From the human T2T-CHM13v2.0 reference genome, Homo sapiens: 64,000 bases of DNA. The stretch's first letter is position 1. Each line of letters begins with the position of its first letter. Of the stretch, positions 15,101-28,800 are shown piece after piece. Location of the stretch: assembly GCF_009914755.1 (NCBI RefSeq), contig NC_060933.1. One strand, written 5' to 3'. Made by a program: the position numbers and the translations under genes. The notes beneath the pieces were generated by a model. It saw only the letters and a program-made list of their open reading frames with translations. It was not told where the DNA came from and ran no database searches.

Positions 15101-18100
15101 TTCGGTTCCGTTGCATTCCATTCTATTGCATTCCATTCTATTCGGGTTAATTCCATTCCATTCTATTCCATTCCATTCCATTGCAATGGAGTTGATTCCA
15201 TTCCCTTCCATTCCATTCCGGATGATTCCATTCCATTGCATTCCATTCCATTCCATTCCCCTGCACTCGTGTTGATTCCATTCCCTTCCATTCCACTCCA
15301 TTCGGTTCCGTTCCATTCCATTCCATTCCATTCTATTCCGGTTAATTCCATTCCATTCCATTCCATTCCATTCCATTCCATTGCAATCGAGTTGATTCCA
15401 TTCCATTCCTTTCCATTCCATTCCATTGCCTTGCATTCCACTCGGGTTGATTCCATTCCCTTCTTCCCACTCCATTACATTCCCTTCCATTCCACTCGGA
15501 ATGATTGATTCCATTCCATTCCATTCCATTTCATTCCATTGCAATCCATTCCAATCCATTCCATTCCATTCCATTCCACTCGAGTTGACTTCATTCCATT
15601 CCTTTCCATTCCATTCCATTCCTTTCCACTCGAGTTGATTCCATTCCATTCCATTCCATTCCATTCCATTCCATTTCGTTCCATTCCATTCTATTCCGTA
15701 TCATTCCATTCCATTCCATTCCATTCCATTCCATTCCTTTGTACTCGGGTTGATTCCATTCCATTGCATTGCATTCCATTCCATTCCATTCCATTCCGTT
15801 GCATTCCATTCCATTACATTCGGATTGATTCTATTCAACTCCCTTACTCTGCATTACATTCCATTCCATTCGGGTTGTTCCATTCCATTCCATTCCATTC
15901 CACTCCATTCCATTGCACTCGGGTTGATTCCATTCCATTGCATTCCATTCCATTCCATTCCGGATGATTCCATTCCATTGCATTCCGTTCCATTACATTC
16001 CCCTGCACTCGCGTTGATTCCATTCCATTCCATTGCATTCCATTCCATTCCATTCCATTCCATTCCGTTCCATTCCATTCCATTACATTCGGATTGATTC
16101 TATTCAATTCCCTTACACTCCATTACATTCCATTCCATTCGGGTAGTTTCCATTCCATTCCATTCCATTCCTCTCCATTCCATTGCACTCGGGTTGATTC
16201 CATTCCATTGCATTCCATTCCATTCCATTCATTTCCATTCCGTTCCATTCCATTCCATTACATTCGGATTGACTCTATTCAACTTCCTTACTCTCCATTA
16301 CATTCCATTCCATTCGGGTTGTTCCATTCCATTCCATTCCATTCCACTCCATTCCATTGCACTCGGGTTTATTCCATTCCATTCCATTCCATTCCATTCC
16401 ATTCCATTCCATTCCGGAAGATTCCATTCCATTGCATTCCATTCCATTCCATTCCCCTGCACTCGCGTTGATTCCATTCCATTCCATTCCATTCCATTCC
16501 ATTCCTTTCCGTTCCATTCCATTCCATTCCATTCCATTCCGTTCCGTTCCGTTCCGTTCCGTTCCATTCTATTCCATTCCATTCTATTCGGGTTAATTAC
16601 ATTCCATTCCATTCGATTGCAATCGAGTTGATTCCATTCTATTCCATTCCATTCCATTCCATTCCATTCCATTCATTTCCATTCCATTACGGATGATTCC
16701 ATTCCATTGCATTCCATTCCATTCCATTCCCCTGTACTCGGGTTGATTCCATTCCATTCCATTCCAATCCATGCCATTCCACTCGTGTTGATTCCATTCT
16801 TTCCATTCCATTCAAGTTGAATCCATTCCATTGCATTCCATTCCATTCCATTCCCCTGCAGTCGGGTTGATTCCATTCCATTCCATTCCATTCCATTCCA
16901 TTCCATTCCGTTCCATTCCGTTCCGTTCCGTTCCGTTCCATTCCATTCCATTCTATTCGGGTTAATTCCATTCGATTCCATTCCATTCCATTCCATTCCA
17001 ATCGAGTTGATTCCATTCCATTCCATTCCATTCCATTCCACTCCATTCCAGTCCTTTCCATTCCATTCCACTCGGGTTGATTCCAATGTATTCCTTTCCA
17101 TTCCATTCCATTCCATTGCAATCGAGTTGATTCAATTGCTTTGCATTCCATTCCATTCCATTCCATTCCGGATGATTCCATTCCATTGCATTCCATTCCA
17201 TTCCATTCCCCTGCACTCGGGTTGATTCCATTCCATTCCACTCCATTCCATTCCATTCCATTCCATTATATTGTATTCGGGTTAATTCCATTCCATTCCA
17301 TTCCATTCCATTACAATCGAGTTGATTCCATTCCATTCCATTCCATTCCAGTCCTTTCCATTCCATTCCACTCGGGTTGATTCCATTCTATTAGTTTCCA
17401 TTCCATTCCATTCCCTTCCATTCCACTCTGGTTGATTCCATTGCTTTCCATTCCACTCGAATACATTCCCTCCTATTCCACTCGGAACGATTCCATTCCA
17501 TTCCATTCCATTCCATTCCATTCCATTCCATTTCATTCCATTCCATTCTATTCCGTATCATTCCATTCCATTCCATTCCATTCCATTCCATTCCTTTGTA
17601 CTCGGGTTGATTCCATTCCATTGCATTGCATTCCATTCCATTCCATTCCATTCCGTTGCATTCCATTCCATTACATTCGGATTGATTCTATTCAACTCCC
17701 TTACTCTCCATTACATTCCATTCCATTCGGGTTGTTCCATTCCATTCCATCCCATTCCACTCCATTCCATTGCACTCGGGTTGATTCCATTCCATTGCAT
17801 TCCATTCCATTCCATTCCGGATGATTCCATTCCATTGCATTCCGTTCCATTACATTCCCCTGCACTCGCGTTGATTCCATTCCATTCCATTCCATTCCAT
17901 TCAATTCCATTCCATTACAATTCGTTCCATTCCATTCTATTCCGTACCATTCCATTCCATTCCATACCATTCCATTCCATTCCATTCCATTCCATTCCGT
18001 TCCATTCCGTTCCATTCCATTCCATTCCATTCTATTCGGATTAATTCCATTCCATTCCATTCCATTCCATTCTATTCCATTCCATTGCAATCGATTTGAA

Positions 18101-19849
18101 TCCATTGCATTTCATTCCATTCCATTCCATTCCATTCCATTCCGGAAGTTTGCATTCCATTGCATTCCATTCCATTCCATTCCATTCCGTTCCGTGCCAT
18201 TCCATTCCATTCCATTCCGTTCCGTTCCATTCCATTCCATTCCATTCTATTCGGGTTAATTCCATTCCATTCCATTCGATTGTAATCGAGTTGATTCCAT
18301 TCCATTCCATTCCATTCCATTCCATTCCATTCCATTCCTTTCCATTCCATTACGGATGATTCCATTCCATTGCATTCCATTCCATTCCATTCCCCTGTAC
18401 TCGGGTTGATTCCATTCCATTCCATTCCAATCCATGCCATTCCACTCGTGTTGATTCCATTCTTTCCATTCCATTCAAGTTGAATCCATTCCATTGCATT
18501 CCATTCATTCGATTCCATTCGATTGCCCTCGGGTTGATTCCATTCCATTGCATTCCATTCCATTCCATTCCATTCCATTCCATTCCATTCCGTTCCATTC
18601 CATTGCATTACATTCGGATTGATTCTATTCAATTCCCTTACACTCCATTACATTCCATTCCATTCGGGTAGTTTCCATTCCATTCCATTCCATTCCTCTC
18701 CATTCCATTGCACTCGGGTTGATTCCATTCCATTGCTTTCCATTCCATTCCATTCAATTCCATTCCGTTCCATTGCATTCCATTACATTCGGATTGATTC
18801 TATTCAACTCCCTTACTCTCCATTACATTCCATTCCATTCGGGTTGTTCCATTCCATTCCACTCCATTCCACTCCATTCCATTGCACTCGGGTTTATTCC
18901 ATTCCATTCCATTCCATTCCATTCCATTCCATTCCATTGCATTCCGGAAGATTCCATTCCGTTGCATTCCATTCCATTCGATTCCCCTGCACTCGCGTTG
19001 ATTCCATTCCATTCCATTCCATTCCATTCCATTCCATTCCATTCCTTTCCGTTCCATTCCATTCCATTCCATTCCATTCCATTCGACTCCATTCCATTGC
19101 ACTCGGGTTGATTCCATTCCATTCCATTCCATTGCATTCCATTCCATTCCATTCCGGATGATTCCATTCCATTCGGATTGATTCTATTCAATTCCCTTAC
19201 ACTCCATTACATTCCATTCCATTCGGGTAGTTTCCATTCCATTCCATTCCATTCCTCTCCATTCCATTGCACTCGGGTGGATTCCATTCCATTCCATGCC
19301 ATTCCATTCCATTCCATTCCATTCCATTCCATTCCATTCCGTTCCATTCCATTACATTCTGATTGATTCTTTTCAACTCCCTTACTCTCCATTCCATTCC
19401 ATTCCATTCGGGTTGTTCCATTCCATTCCATTCCATTCCACTCCATTCCATTGCACTCGGGTTGATTCCATTCCATTCCATTCCATTCCATTCCATTCCA
19501 TTCCATTCCATTCCATTCCATTCCGGATGATTCCATTCCATTGCATTCCGTTCCATTACATTCCCCTGCACTCGGGTTGATTCCATTCCATTCCATTCCA
19601 TTCCATTCAATTCCATTCCATTCCAATTCTTTCCATTCCATTCTATTCCGTACCATTCCATTCCATTCCATGCAATTCCATTCCATTCCATTCCACTCCG
19701 TTCCGTTCCGTTCCGTTCTGTTCCGTTCCATTCCATTCCATTCCATTCTATTCGGTTTAATTCCATTCCATTCCATTCCATTCCATTCCATTCCATTCCA
19801 TTCTATTCGGTTTAATTCCATTCCATTCCATTCCATTCCATTCCATTCC

Positions 19850-22800
19850 ATTCTATTCCATTCCATTGCAATCGAGTTGAATCCATTGCATTCCATTCCA
19901 TTCCATTCCATTCCATTCCGGAAGATTCCATTTCATTGTATTCCATTCCATTCCATTCCATTCCATTCCATTCCATTCCATTGTACTCGGGTAGATTCCA
20001 TTCCATTGCATTCCATTGCATTCCATTCCATTCCATTCCATTCCATTCCGTTCCATTCCATTCCATTCCATTCGGATTGATTCTTTTCAACTCCCTTACT
20101 CTCCATTACATTCCATTCCATTCGGGTTGTTCCATTCCATTCCTTTCCATTCCATTCCATTCCATTGCACTCGGGTTGATTCCATTCCATTCCATTCCAT
20201 TCCATTCCATTCCATTCCGGATGATTCCATTCCATTGCATTCCGTTCCATTCCATTCCTCTGCACTCGGGTTGATTCCATTCCATTCCATTCCATTCCGT
20301 TCCATTCCATTCCATTCCATTCCTTTCCGTTCCATTCCATTCCATTCCATTCCATTCCGTTCCGTTCCATTCCATTCCATTCCATTCTATTCGGGTTAAT
20401 TCCATTCCATTCCATTCGATTGCAATCGAGTTGATTCCATTCCATTCCATTCCATTCCATTCCATTCCTTTCCATTCCTTTCCATTCCATTACTGATGAT
20501 TCCATTCCATTGCATTCCATTCCATTCGATTCCATTCGATTGCACTCGGGTTGATTCCATTCCATTCCATTCGATTCCATTCCATTCCCCTGCACTCGCG
20601 TTGATTCCATTCCATTCCATTCCATTCCATTCCATTCCTTTCCATTCCAGTCTTTTCCATTCCATTCCACTCGGGTTGATTCCATTCTATTAGTTTCCAT
20701 TCCATTCCATTCCCTTCCATTCCACTCTGGTTGATTCCATTCCTTTCCATTCCACTCGAATACATTCCCTCCTATTCCACTCGGAACGATTGCATTCCAT
20801 TCCATTCCATTCCATTCCATTCCATTCCATTCCATTCCATTCCATTTCGTTCCATTCCATTCTATTCCGTATCATTCCATTCCATTCCATTCCATTCCAT
20901 TGTACTCGTGTTGATTCAATTCCATTGCATTCCATTCCATTCCATTCCATTCCATTCCGTTGCATTCCATTCCATTACATTCGGATTGATTCTATTCAAC
21001 TCCCTTACTCTCCATTACATTCCACTCCATTCGGGTTGTTCCATTCCATTCCATTCCAGTCCACTCCATTCCATTGCACTCGGGGTGATTCCATTCCATT
21101 CCATTCCATTCCATTCCATTCCGGATGATTCCATTCCATTGCATTCCGTTCCATTACATTCCCCTGCACTCGCGTTGATTCCATTCCATTCCATTCCATT
21201 CCATTCAATTCCATTCCATTACAATTCGTTCCATTCCATTCTATTCCGTACCATTCCATTCCATTCCATACCATTCCATTCCATTCCATTCCATTCCATT
21301 CCGTTCCATTCCGTTCCATTCCATTCCATTCCATTCTATTCGGATTAAATCCATTCCATTCCATTCCATTCAATTCTATTCCATTCCATTGCAATCGAGT
21401 TGAATCCATTGCATTTCATTCCATTCCATTCCATTCCATTCCATTCCATTCCGGAAGATTCCATTCCATTGCTTTCCATTCCATTCCATTCCCCTGCACT
21501 CGCGTTGATTCTATTCCATTCCATTCCATTCCATTCCATTCCGTTCCGTTCCATTCCATTCCATTCCATTCCATTCCGTTCCGTTCCATTCCATTCCATT
21601 CCATTCCATTCCGTTCCGTTCCATTCCATTCCATTCCATTCTATTCGGGTTAATTCCATTCCATTTCATTCGATTGCAATCGAGTTGATTCCATTCCATT
21701 CCATTCCATTCCATTCCATTCCATTCCATTCCATTCCGTTCCATTCCATTCCATTACATTCGGATTGACTCTATTCAACTCCCTTACTCTCCATTACATT
21801 CCATTCCATTCGGGTTGTTCCATTCCATTCCATTCCATTCCATTCCACTCCATTCCATTGCACTCGGGTTTATTCCATTCCATTCCATTCCATTCCATTC
21901 CATTCCATTCCATTCCATTCCGGAAGATTCCATTCCATTGCATTCCATTCCATTCCATTCCCCTGCACTCGCGTTGATTCCATTCCATTCCATTCCATTC
22001 CATTCCATTCCATTCCATTCCTTTCCGTTCCATTCCATTCCATTCCATTCCATTCCATTCCATTCCATTCCGTTCCTTTCCGTTCCGTTCCGTTCCGTTC
22101 CATTCCATTCCATTCCATTCTATTCGGGTTAATTACATTCTATTCCATTCGATTGCAATCGAGTTGATTCCATTCTATTCCATTCCATTCCATTCCATTC
22201 CATTCCATTCCTTTCCATTCCATTACGGATGATTCCATTCCATTGCATTCCATTCCATTCCATTCCCCTGTACTCGGGTTGATTCCATTCCATTCCATTC
22301 CAATCCATGCCATTCCACTCGTGTTGATTCCATTCTTTCCATTCCATTCAAGTTGAATCCATTCCATTGCATTCCATTCCATTCCATTCCCCTGCAGTCG
22401 GGTTGATTCCATTCCATTCCATTCCATTCCATTCCATTCCGTTCCATTCCGTTCCGTTCCGTTCCGTTCCATTCCATTCCATTCTATTAGGGTTAATTCC
22501 ATTCCATTCCATTCCATTCCATTCCAATCGAGTTGATTCCATTCCATTCCATTCCATTCCACTCCATTCCAGTCCTTTCCATTCCATTCCACTCGGGTTG
22601 ATTCCAATGTATTCCTTTCCTTTCCATTCCATTCCATTGCAATCGAGTTGATTCCATTGCTTTGCATTCCATTACATTCCATTCCATTCCATTCCGGATG
22701 ATTCCATTCCATTGCATTCCATTCCATTCCATTCCCCTGCACTCGGGTTGATTCCATTCCATTCCACTCCATTCCATTCCATTCCATTCCATTCCATTAT

Positions 22801-25800
22801 ATTGTATTCGGGTTAATTCCATTCCATTCCATTCTATTCCATTCCATTCCATTCCATTACAATCGAGTTGATTCCATTCCATTCCATTCCATTCCAGTCC
22901 TTTCCATTCCATTCCACTCGGGTTGATTCCATTCTATTAGTTTCCATTCCATTCCATTCCCTTCCATTCCACTCTGGTTGATTCCATTGCTTTCCATTCC
23001 ACTCGAATACATTCCCTCCTATTCCACTCGGAACGATTCCATTCCATTCCATTCCATTCCATTCCATTCCATTCCATTCCATTCCATTCCATTTCGTTCC
23101 ATTCCATTCTATTCCGTATCATTCCATTCCATTCCATTCCATTCCATTCCATTCCTTTGTACTCGGGTTGATTCCATTCCATTGCATTGCATTCCATTCC
23201 ATTCCATTCCATTCCGTTGCATTCCATTCCATTACATTCGGATTGATTCTATTCAACTCCCTTACTCTCCATTACATTCCATTCCATTCGGGTTGTTCCA
23301 TTCCATTCCATTCCATTCCACTCCATTCCATTGCACTCGGGTTGATTCCATTCCATTGCATTCCATTCCATTCCATTCCGGATGATTCCATTCCATTGCA
23401 TTCCGTTCCATTACATTCCCCTGCACTCGCGTTGATTCCATTCCATTCCATTCCATTCCATTCAATTCCATTCCATTACAATTCGTTCCATTCCATTCTA
23501 TTCCGTACCATTCCATTCCATTCCATACCATTCCATTCCATTCCATTCCATTCCATTCCGTTCCATTCCGTTCCATTCCATTCCATTCCATTCTATTCGG
23601 ATTAATTCCATTCCATTCCATTCCATTCCATTCTATTCCATTCCATTGCAATCGAGTTCAATCCATTGCATTTCATTCCATTCCATTCCATTCCATTCCA
23701 TTCCGGAAGTTTGCATTCCATTGCATTCCATTCCATTCCATTCCATTCCGTTCCGTTCCATTCCATTCCATTCCATTCCGTTCCGTTCCATTCCATTCCA
23801 TTCCATTCTATTCGGGTTAATTCCATTCCATTCCATTCGATTGTAATCGAGTTGATTCCATTCCATTCCATTCCATTCCATTCCATTCAATTCCATTCCA
23901 TTACAATTCGTTCCATTCCATTCTATTCCGTACGATTCCATTCCATTCCATACCATTCCATTCCATTCCATTCCATTCCGTTCCATTCCGTTCCATTCCA
24001 TTCCATTCCATTCTATTCGGATTAAATCCATTCCATTCCATTCAATTCTATTCCATTCCATTGCAATCGAGTTGAATCCATTGCATTTCATTCCATTCCA
24101 TTCCATTCCATTCCATTCCGGAAGATTCCATTCCATTGCATTCCATTCCATTCCATTCCCCTGCACTCGCGTTGATTCTACTCCATTCCATTCCATTCCA
24201 TTCCATTCCGTTCCGTTCCATTCCATTCCATTCCATTCCATTCCGTTCCGTTCCATTCCATTCCATTCCTTTCCGTTCCGTTCCATTCCATTCCATTCCA
24301 TTCTATTCGGGTTAATTCCATTCCATTCCATTCGATTGCAATCGAGTTGATTCCATTCCATTCCATTCCATTCCATTCCATTCCATTCCATTCCTTTCCA
24401 TTCCATTACGGATGATTCCATTCCATTGCATTCCATTCCATTCCATTCCCCTGTACTCGGGTTGATTCCATTTCATTCCATTCCAATGCATGCCATTCCA
24501 CTCGTGTTGATTCCATTCTTTGCATTCCATTCAAGTTGAATCCATTCCATTGCATTCCATTCCATTCGATTCCGTTCGATTGCACTCTTTTTGATTCCAT
24601 TCCATTGCATTCCATTCCATTCCATTGCATTCCATTCCATTCCATTCCATTCCATTCCATTCTATTCCATTCCATTGCAATCGAGTTGAATCCATTGCAT
24701 TCCATTCCATTCCATTCCATTCCATTCCGGAAGATTCCATTTCATTGTATTCCATTCCATTCCATTCCATTCCATTCCATTCCATTCCATTGTACTCGGG
24801 TAGATTCCATTCCATTGCATTCCATTGCATTCCATTCCATTCCATTCCATTCCATTCCGTTCCATTCCATTCCATTCCATTCGGATTGATTCTTTTCAAC
24901 TCCCTTACTCTCCATTACATTCCATTCCATTCGGGTTGTTCCATTCCATTCCTTTCCATTCCATTCCATTCCATTGCACTCGGGTTGATTCCATTCCATT
25001 CCATTCCATTCCATTCCATTCCGGATGATTCCATTCCATTGCATTCCGTTCCATTCCATTCCTCTGCACTCGCGTTGATTCCATTCCATTCCATTCCATT
25101 CCGTTCCATTCCATTCCATTCCATTCCTTTCCGTTCCATTCCATTCCATTCCATTCCATTCCGTTCCGTTCCATTCCATTCCATTCCATTCTATTCGGGT
25201 TAATTCCATTCCATTCCATTCGATTGCAATCGAGTTGATTCCATTCCATTCCATTCCATTCCATTCCATTCCTTTCCATTCCTTTCCATTCCATTACTGA
25301 TGATTCCATTCCATTGCATTCCATTCCATTCCATTCCCCTGTACTCGGGTTGATTCCATTCCATTCCATTCCAATCCATGCCATTCCACTCGTGTTGATT
25401 CCATTCTTTCCTTTCCATTCAAGTTGAATCCATTCCATTGCATTCCATTCCATTCGATTCCATTCGATTGCACTCGGGTTGATTCCATTCCATTCCATTC
25501 CATTCCATTCCATTCCCCTGCACTCGCGTTGATTCCATTCCATTCCATTCCATTCCATTCCATTCCTTTCCATTCCAGTCTTTTCCATTCCATTCCACTC
25601 GGGTTGATTCCATTCTATTAGTTTCCATTCCATTCCATTCCCTTCCATTCCACTCTGGTTGATTCCATTCCTTTCCATTCCACTCGAATACATTCCCTCC
25701 TATTCCACTCGGAACGATTGCATTCCATTCCATTCCATTCCATTCCATTCCATTCCATTCCATTCCATTCCATTCCATTTCGTTCCATTCCATTCTATTC

Positions 25801-28800
25801 CGTATCATTCCATTCCATTCCATTCCATTCCATTGTACTCGTGTTGATTCAATTCCATTGCATTCCATTCCATTCCATTCCATTCCATTCCGTTGCATTC
25901 CATTCCATTACATTCGGATTGATTCTATTCAACTCCCTTACTCTCCATTACATTCCACTCCATTCGGGTTGTTCCATTCCATTCCATTCCATTCCACTCC
26001 ATTCCATTGCACTCGGGGTGATTCCATTCCATTCCATTCCATTCCATTCCATTCCGGATGATTCCATTCCATCGCATTCCGTTCCATTACATTCCTCTGC
26101 ACTCGCGTTGATTCCATTCCATTCCATTCCATTCCATTCAATTCCATTCCATTACAATTCGTTCCATTCCATTCTATTCCGTACCATTCCATTCCATTCC
26201 ATACCATTCCATTCCATTCCATTCCATTCCATTCCGTTCCATTCCGTTCCATTCCATTCCATTCCATTCTATTCGGATTAATTCCATTCCATTCCATTCC
26301 ATTCCATTCTATTCCATTCCATTGCAATCGAGTTGAATCCATTGCATTTCATTCCATTCCATTCCATTCCATTCCATTCCGGAAGATTCCATTCCATTGC
26401 TTTCCATTCCATTCCATTCCCCTGCACTCGCGTTGATTCTATTCCATTCCATTCCATTCCGTTCCGTTCCATTCCATTCCATTCCATTCCATTCCGTTCC
26501 GTTCCATTCCATTCCATTCCATTCCATTCCGTTCCGTTCCATTCCATTCCATTCCATTCTATTCGGGTTAATTCCATTCCATTCCATTCGATTGCAATCG
26601 AGTTGATTCCATTCCATTCCATTCCATTCCATTCCATTCCGTTCCATTCCATTCCATTACATTCGGATTGACTCTATTCAACTCCCTTACTCTCCATTAC
26701 ATTCCGTTCCATTCGGGTTGTTCCATTCCATTCCATTCCATTCCATTCCACTCCATTCCATTGCACTCGGGTTTATTCCATTCCATTCCATTCCATTCCA
26801 TTCCATTCCATTCCATTCCGGAAGATTCCATTCCATTGCATTCCATTCCATTCCATTCCCCTGCACTCGCGTTGATTCCATTCCATTCCATTCCATTCCA
26901 TTCCATTCCATTCCATTCCATTCCTTTCCGTTCCATTCCATTCCATTCCATTCCATTCCATTCCATTCCGTTCCTTTCCGTTCCGTTCCGTTCCGTTCCA
27001 TTCCATTCCATTCCATTCTATTCGGGTTAATTACATTCCATTCCATTCGATTGCAATCGAGTTGATTCCATTCTATTCCATTCCATTCCATTCCATTCCA
27101 TTCCATTCCTTTCCATTCCATTACGGATGATTCCATTCCATTGCATTCCATTCCATTCCATTCTCCTGTACTCGGGTTGATTCCATTCCATTCCATTCCA
27201 ATCCATGCCATTCCACTCGTGTTGATTCCATTCTTTCCATTCCATTCAAGTTGAATCCATTCCATTGCATTCCATTCCATTCCATTCCCCTGCAGTCGGG
27301 TTGATTCCATTCCATTCCATTCCATTCCATTCCATTCCGTTCCATTCCGTTCCGTTCCGTTCCGTTCCATTCCATTCCATTCTATTAGGGTTAATTCCAT
27401 TCCATTCCATTCCATTCCATTCCAATCGAGTTGATTCCATTCCAATCCATTCCATTCCACTCCATTCCAGTCCTTTCCATTCCATTCCACTCGGGTTGAT
27501 TCCAATGTATTCCTTTCCTTTCCATTCCATTCCATTGCAATCGAGTTGATTCCATTGCTTTGCATTCCATTACATTCCATTCCATTCCATTCCGGATGAT
27601 TCCATTCCATTGCATTCCATTCCATTCCATTCCCCTGCACTCGGGTTGATTCCATTCCATTCCACTCCATTCCATTCCATTCCATTCCATTATATTGTAT
27701 TCGGGTTAATTCCATTCCATTCCATTCTATTCCATTCCATTCCATTCCATTACAATCGAGTTGATTCCATTCCATTCCATTCCATTCCAGTCCTTTCCAT
27801 TCCATTCCACTCGGGTTGATTCCATTCTATTAGTTTCCATTCCATTCCATTCCCTTCCATTCCACTCTGGTTGATTCCATTGCTTTCCATTCCACTCGAA
27901 TACATTCCCTCCTATTCCACTCGGAACGATTCCATTCCATTCCATTCCATTCCATTCCATTCCATTCCATTCCATTTCGTTCCATTCCATTCTATTCCGT
28001 ATCATTCCATTCCATTCCATTCCATTCCATTCCATTCCTTTGTACTCGGGTTGATTCCATTCCATTGCATTGCATTCCATTCCATTCCATTCCATTCCGT
28101 TGCATTCCATTCCATTACATTCGGATTGATTCTATTCAACTCCCTTACTCTCCATTACATTCCATTCCATTCGGGTTGTTCCATTCCATTCCATTCCATT
28201 CCACTCCATTCCATTGCACTCGGGTTGATTCCATTCCATTGCATTCCATTCCATTCCATTCCGGATGATTCCATTCCATTGCATTCCGTTCCATTACATT
28301 CCCCTGCACTCGCGTTGATTCCATTCCATTCCATTCCATTCCATTCAATTCCATTCCATTACAATTCGTTCCATTCCATTCTATTCCGTACCATTCCATT
28401 CCATTCCATACCATTCCATTCCATTCCATTCCATTCCATTCCGTTCCATTCCGTTCCATTCCATTCCATTCCATTCTATTCGGATTAATTCCATTCCATT
28501 CCATTCCATTCCATTCTATTCCATTCCATTGCAATCGAGTTCAATCCATTGCATTTCATTCCATTCCATTCCATTCCATTCCATTCCGGAAGTTTGCATT
28601 CCATTGCATTCCATTCCATTCCATTCCATTCCGTTCCGTTCCATTCCATTCCATTCCATTCCGTTCCGTTCCATTCCATTCCATTCCATTCTATTCGGGT
28701 TAATTCCATTCCATTCCATTCGATTGTAATCGAGTTGATTCCATTCCATTCCATTCCATTCCATTCCATTCCATTCAATTCCATTCCATTACAATTCGTT

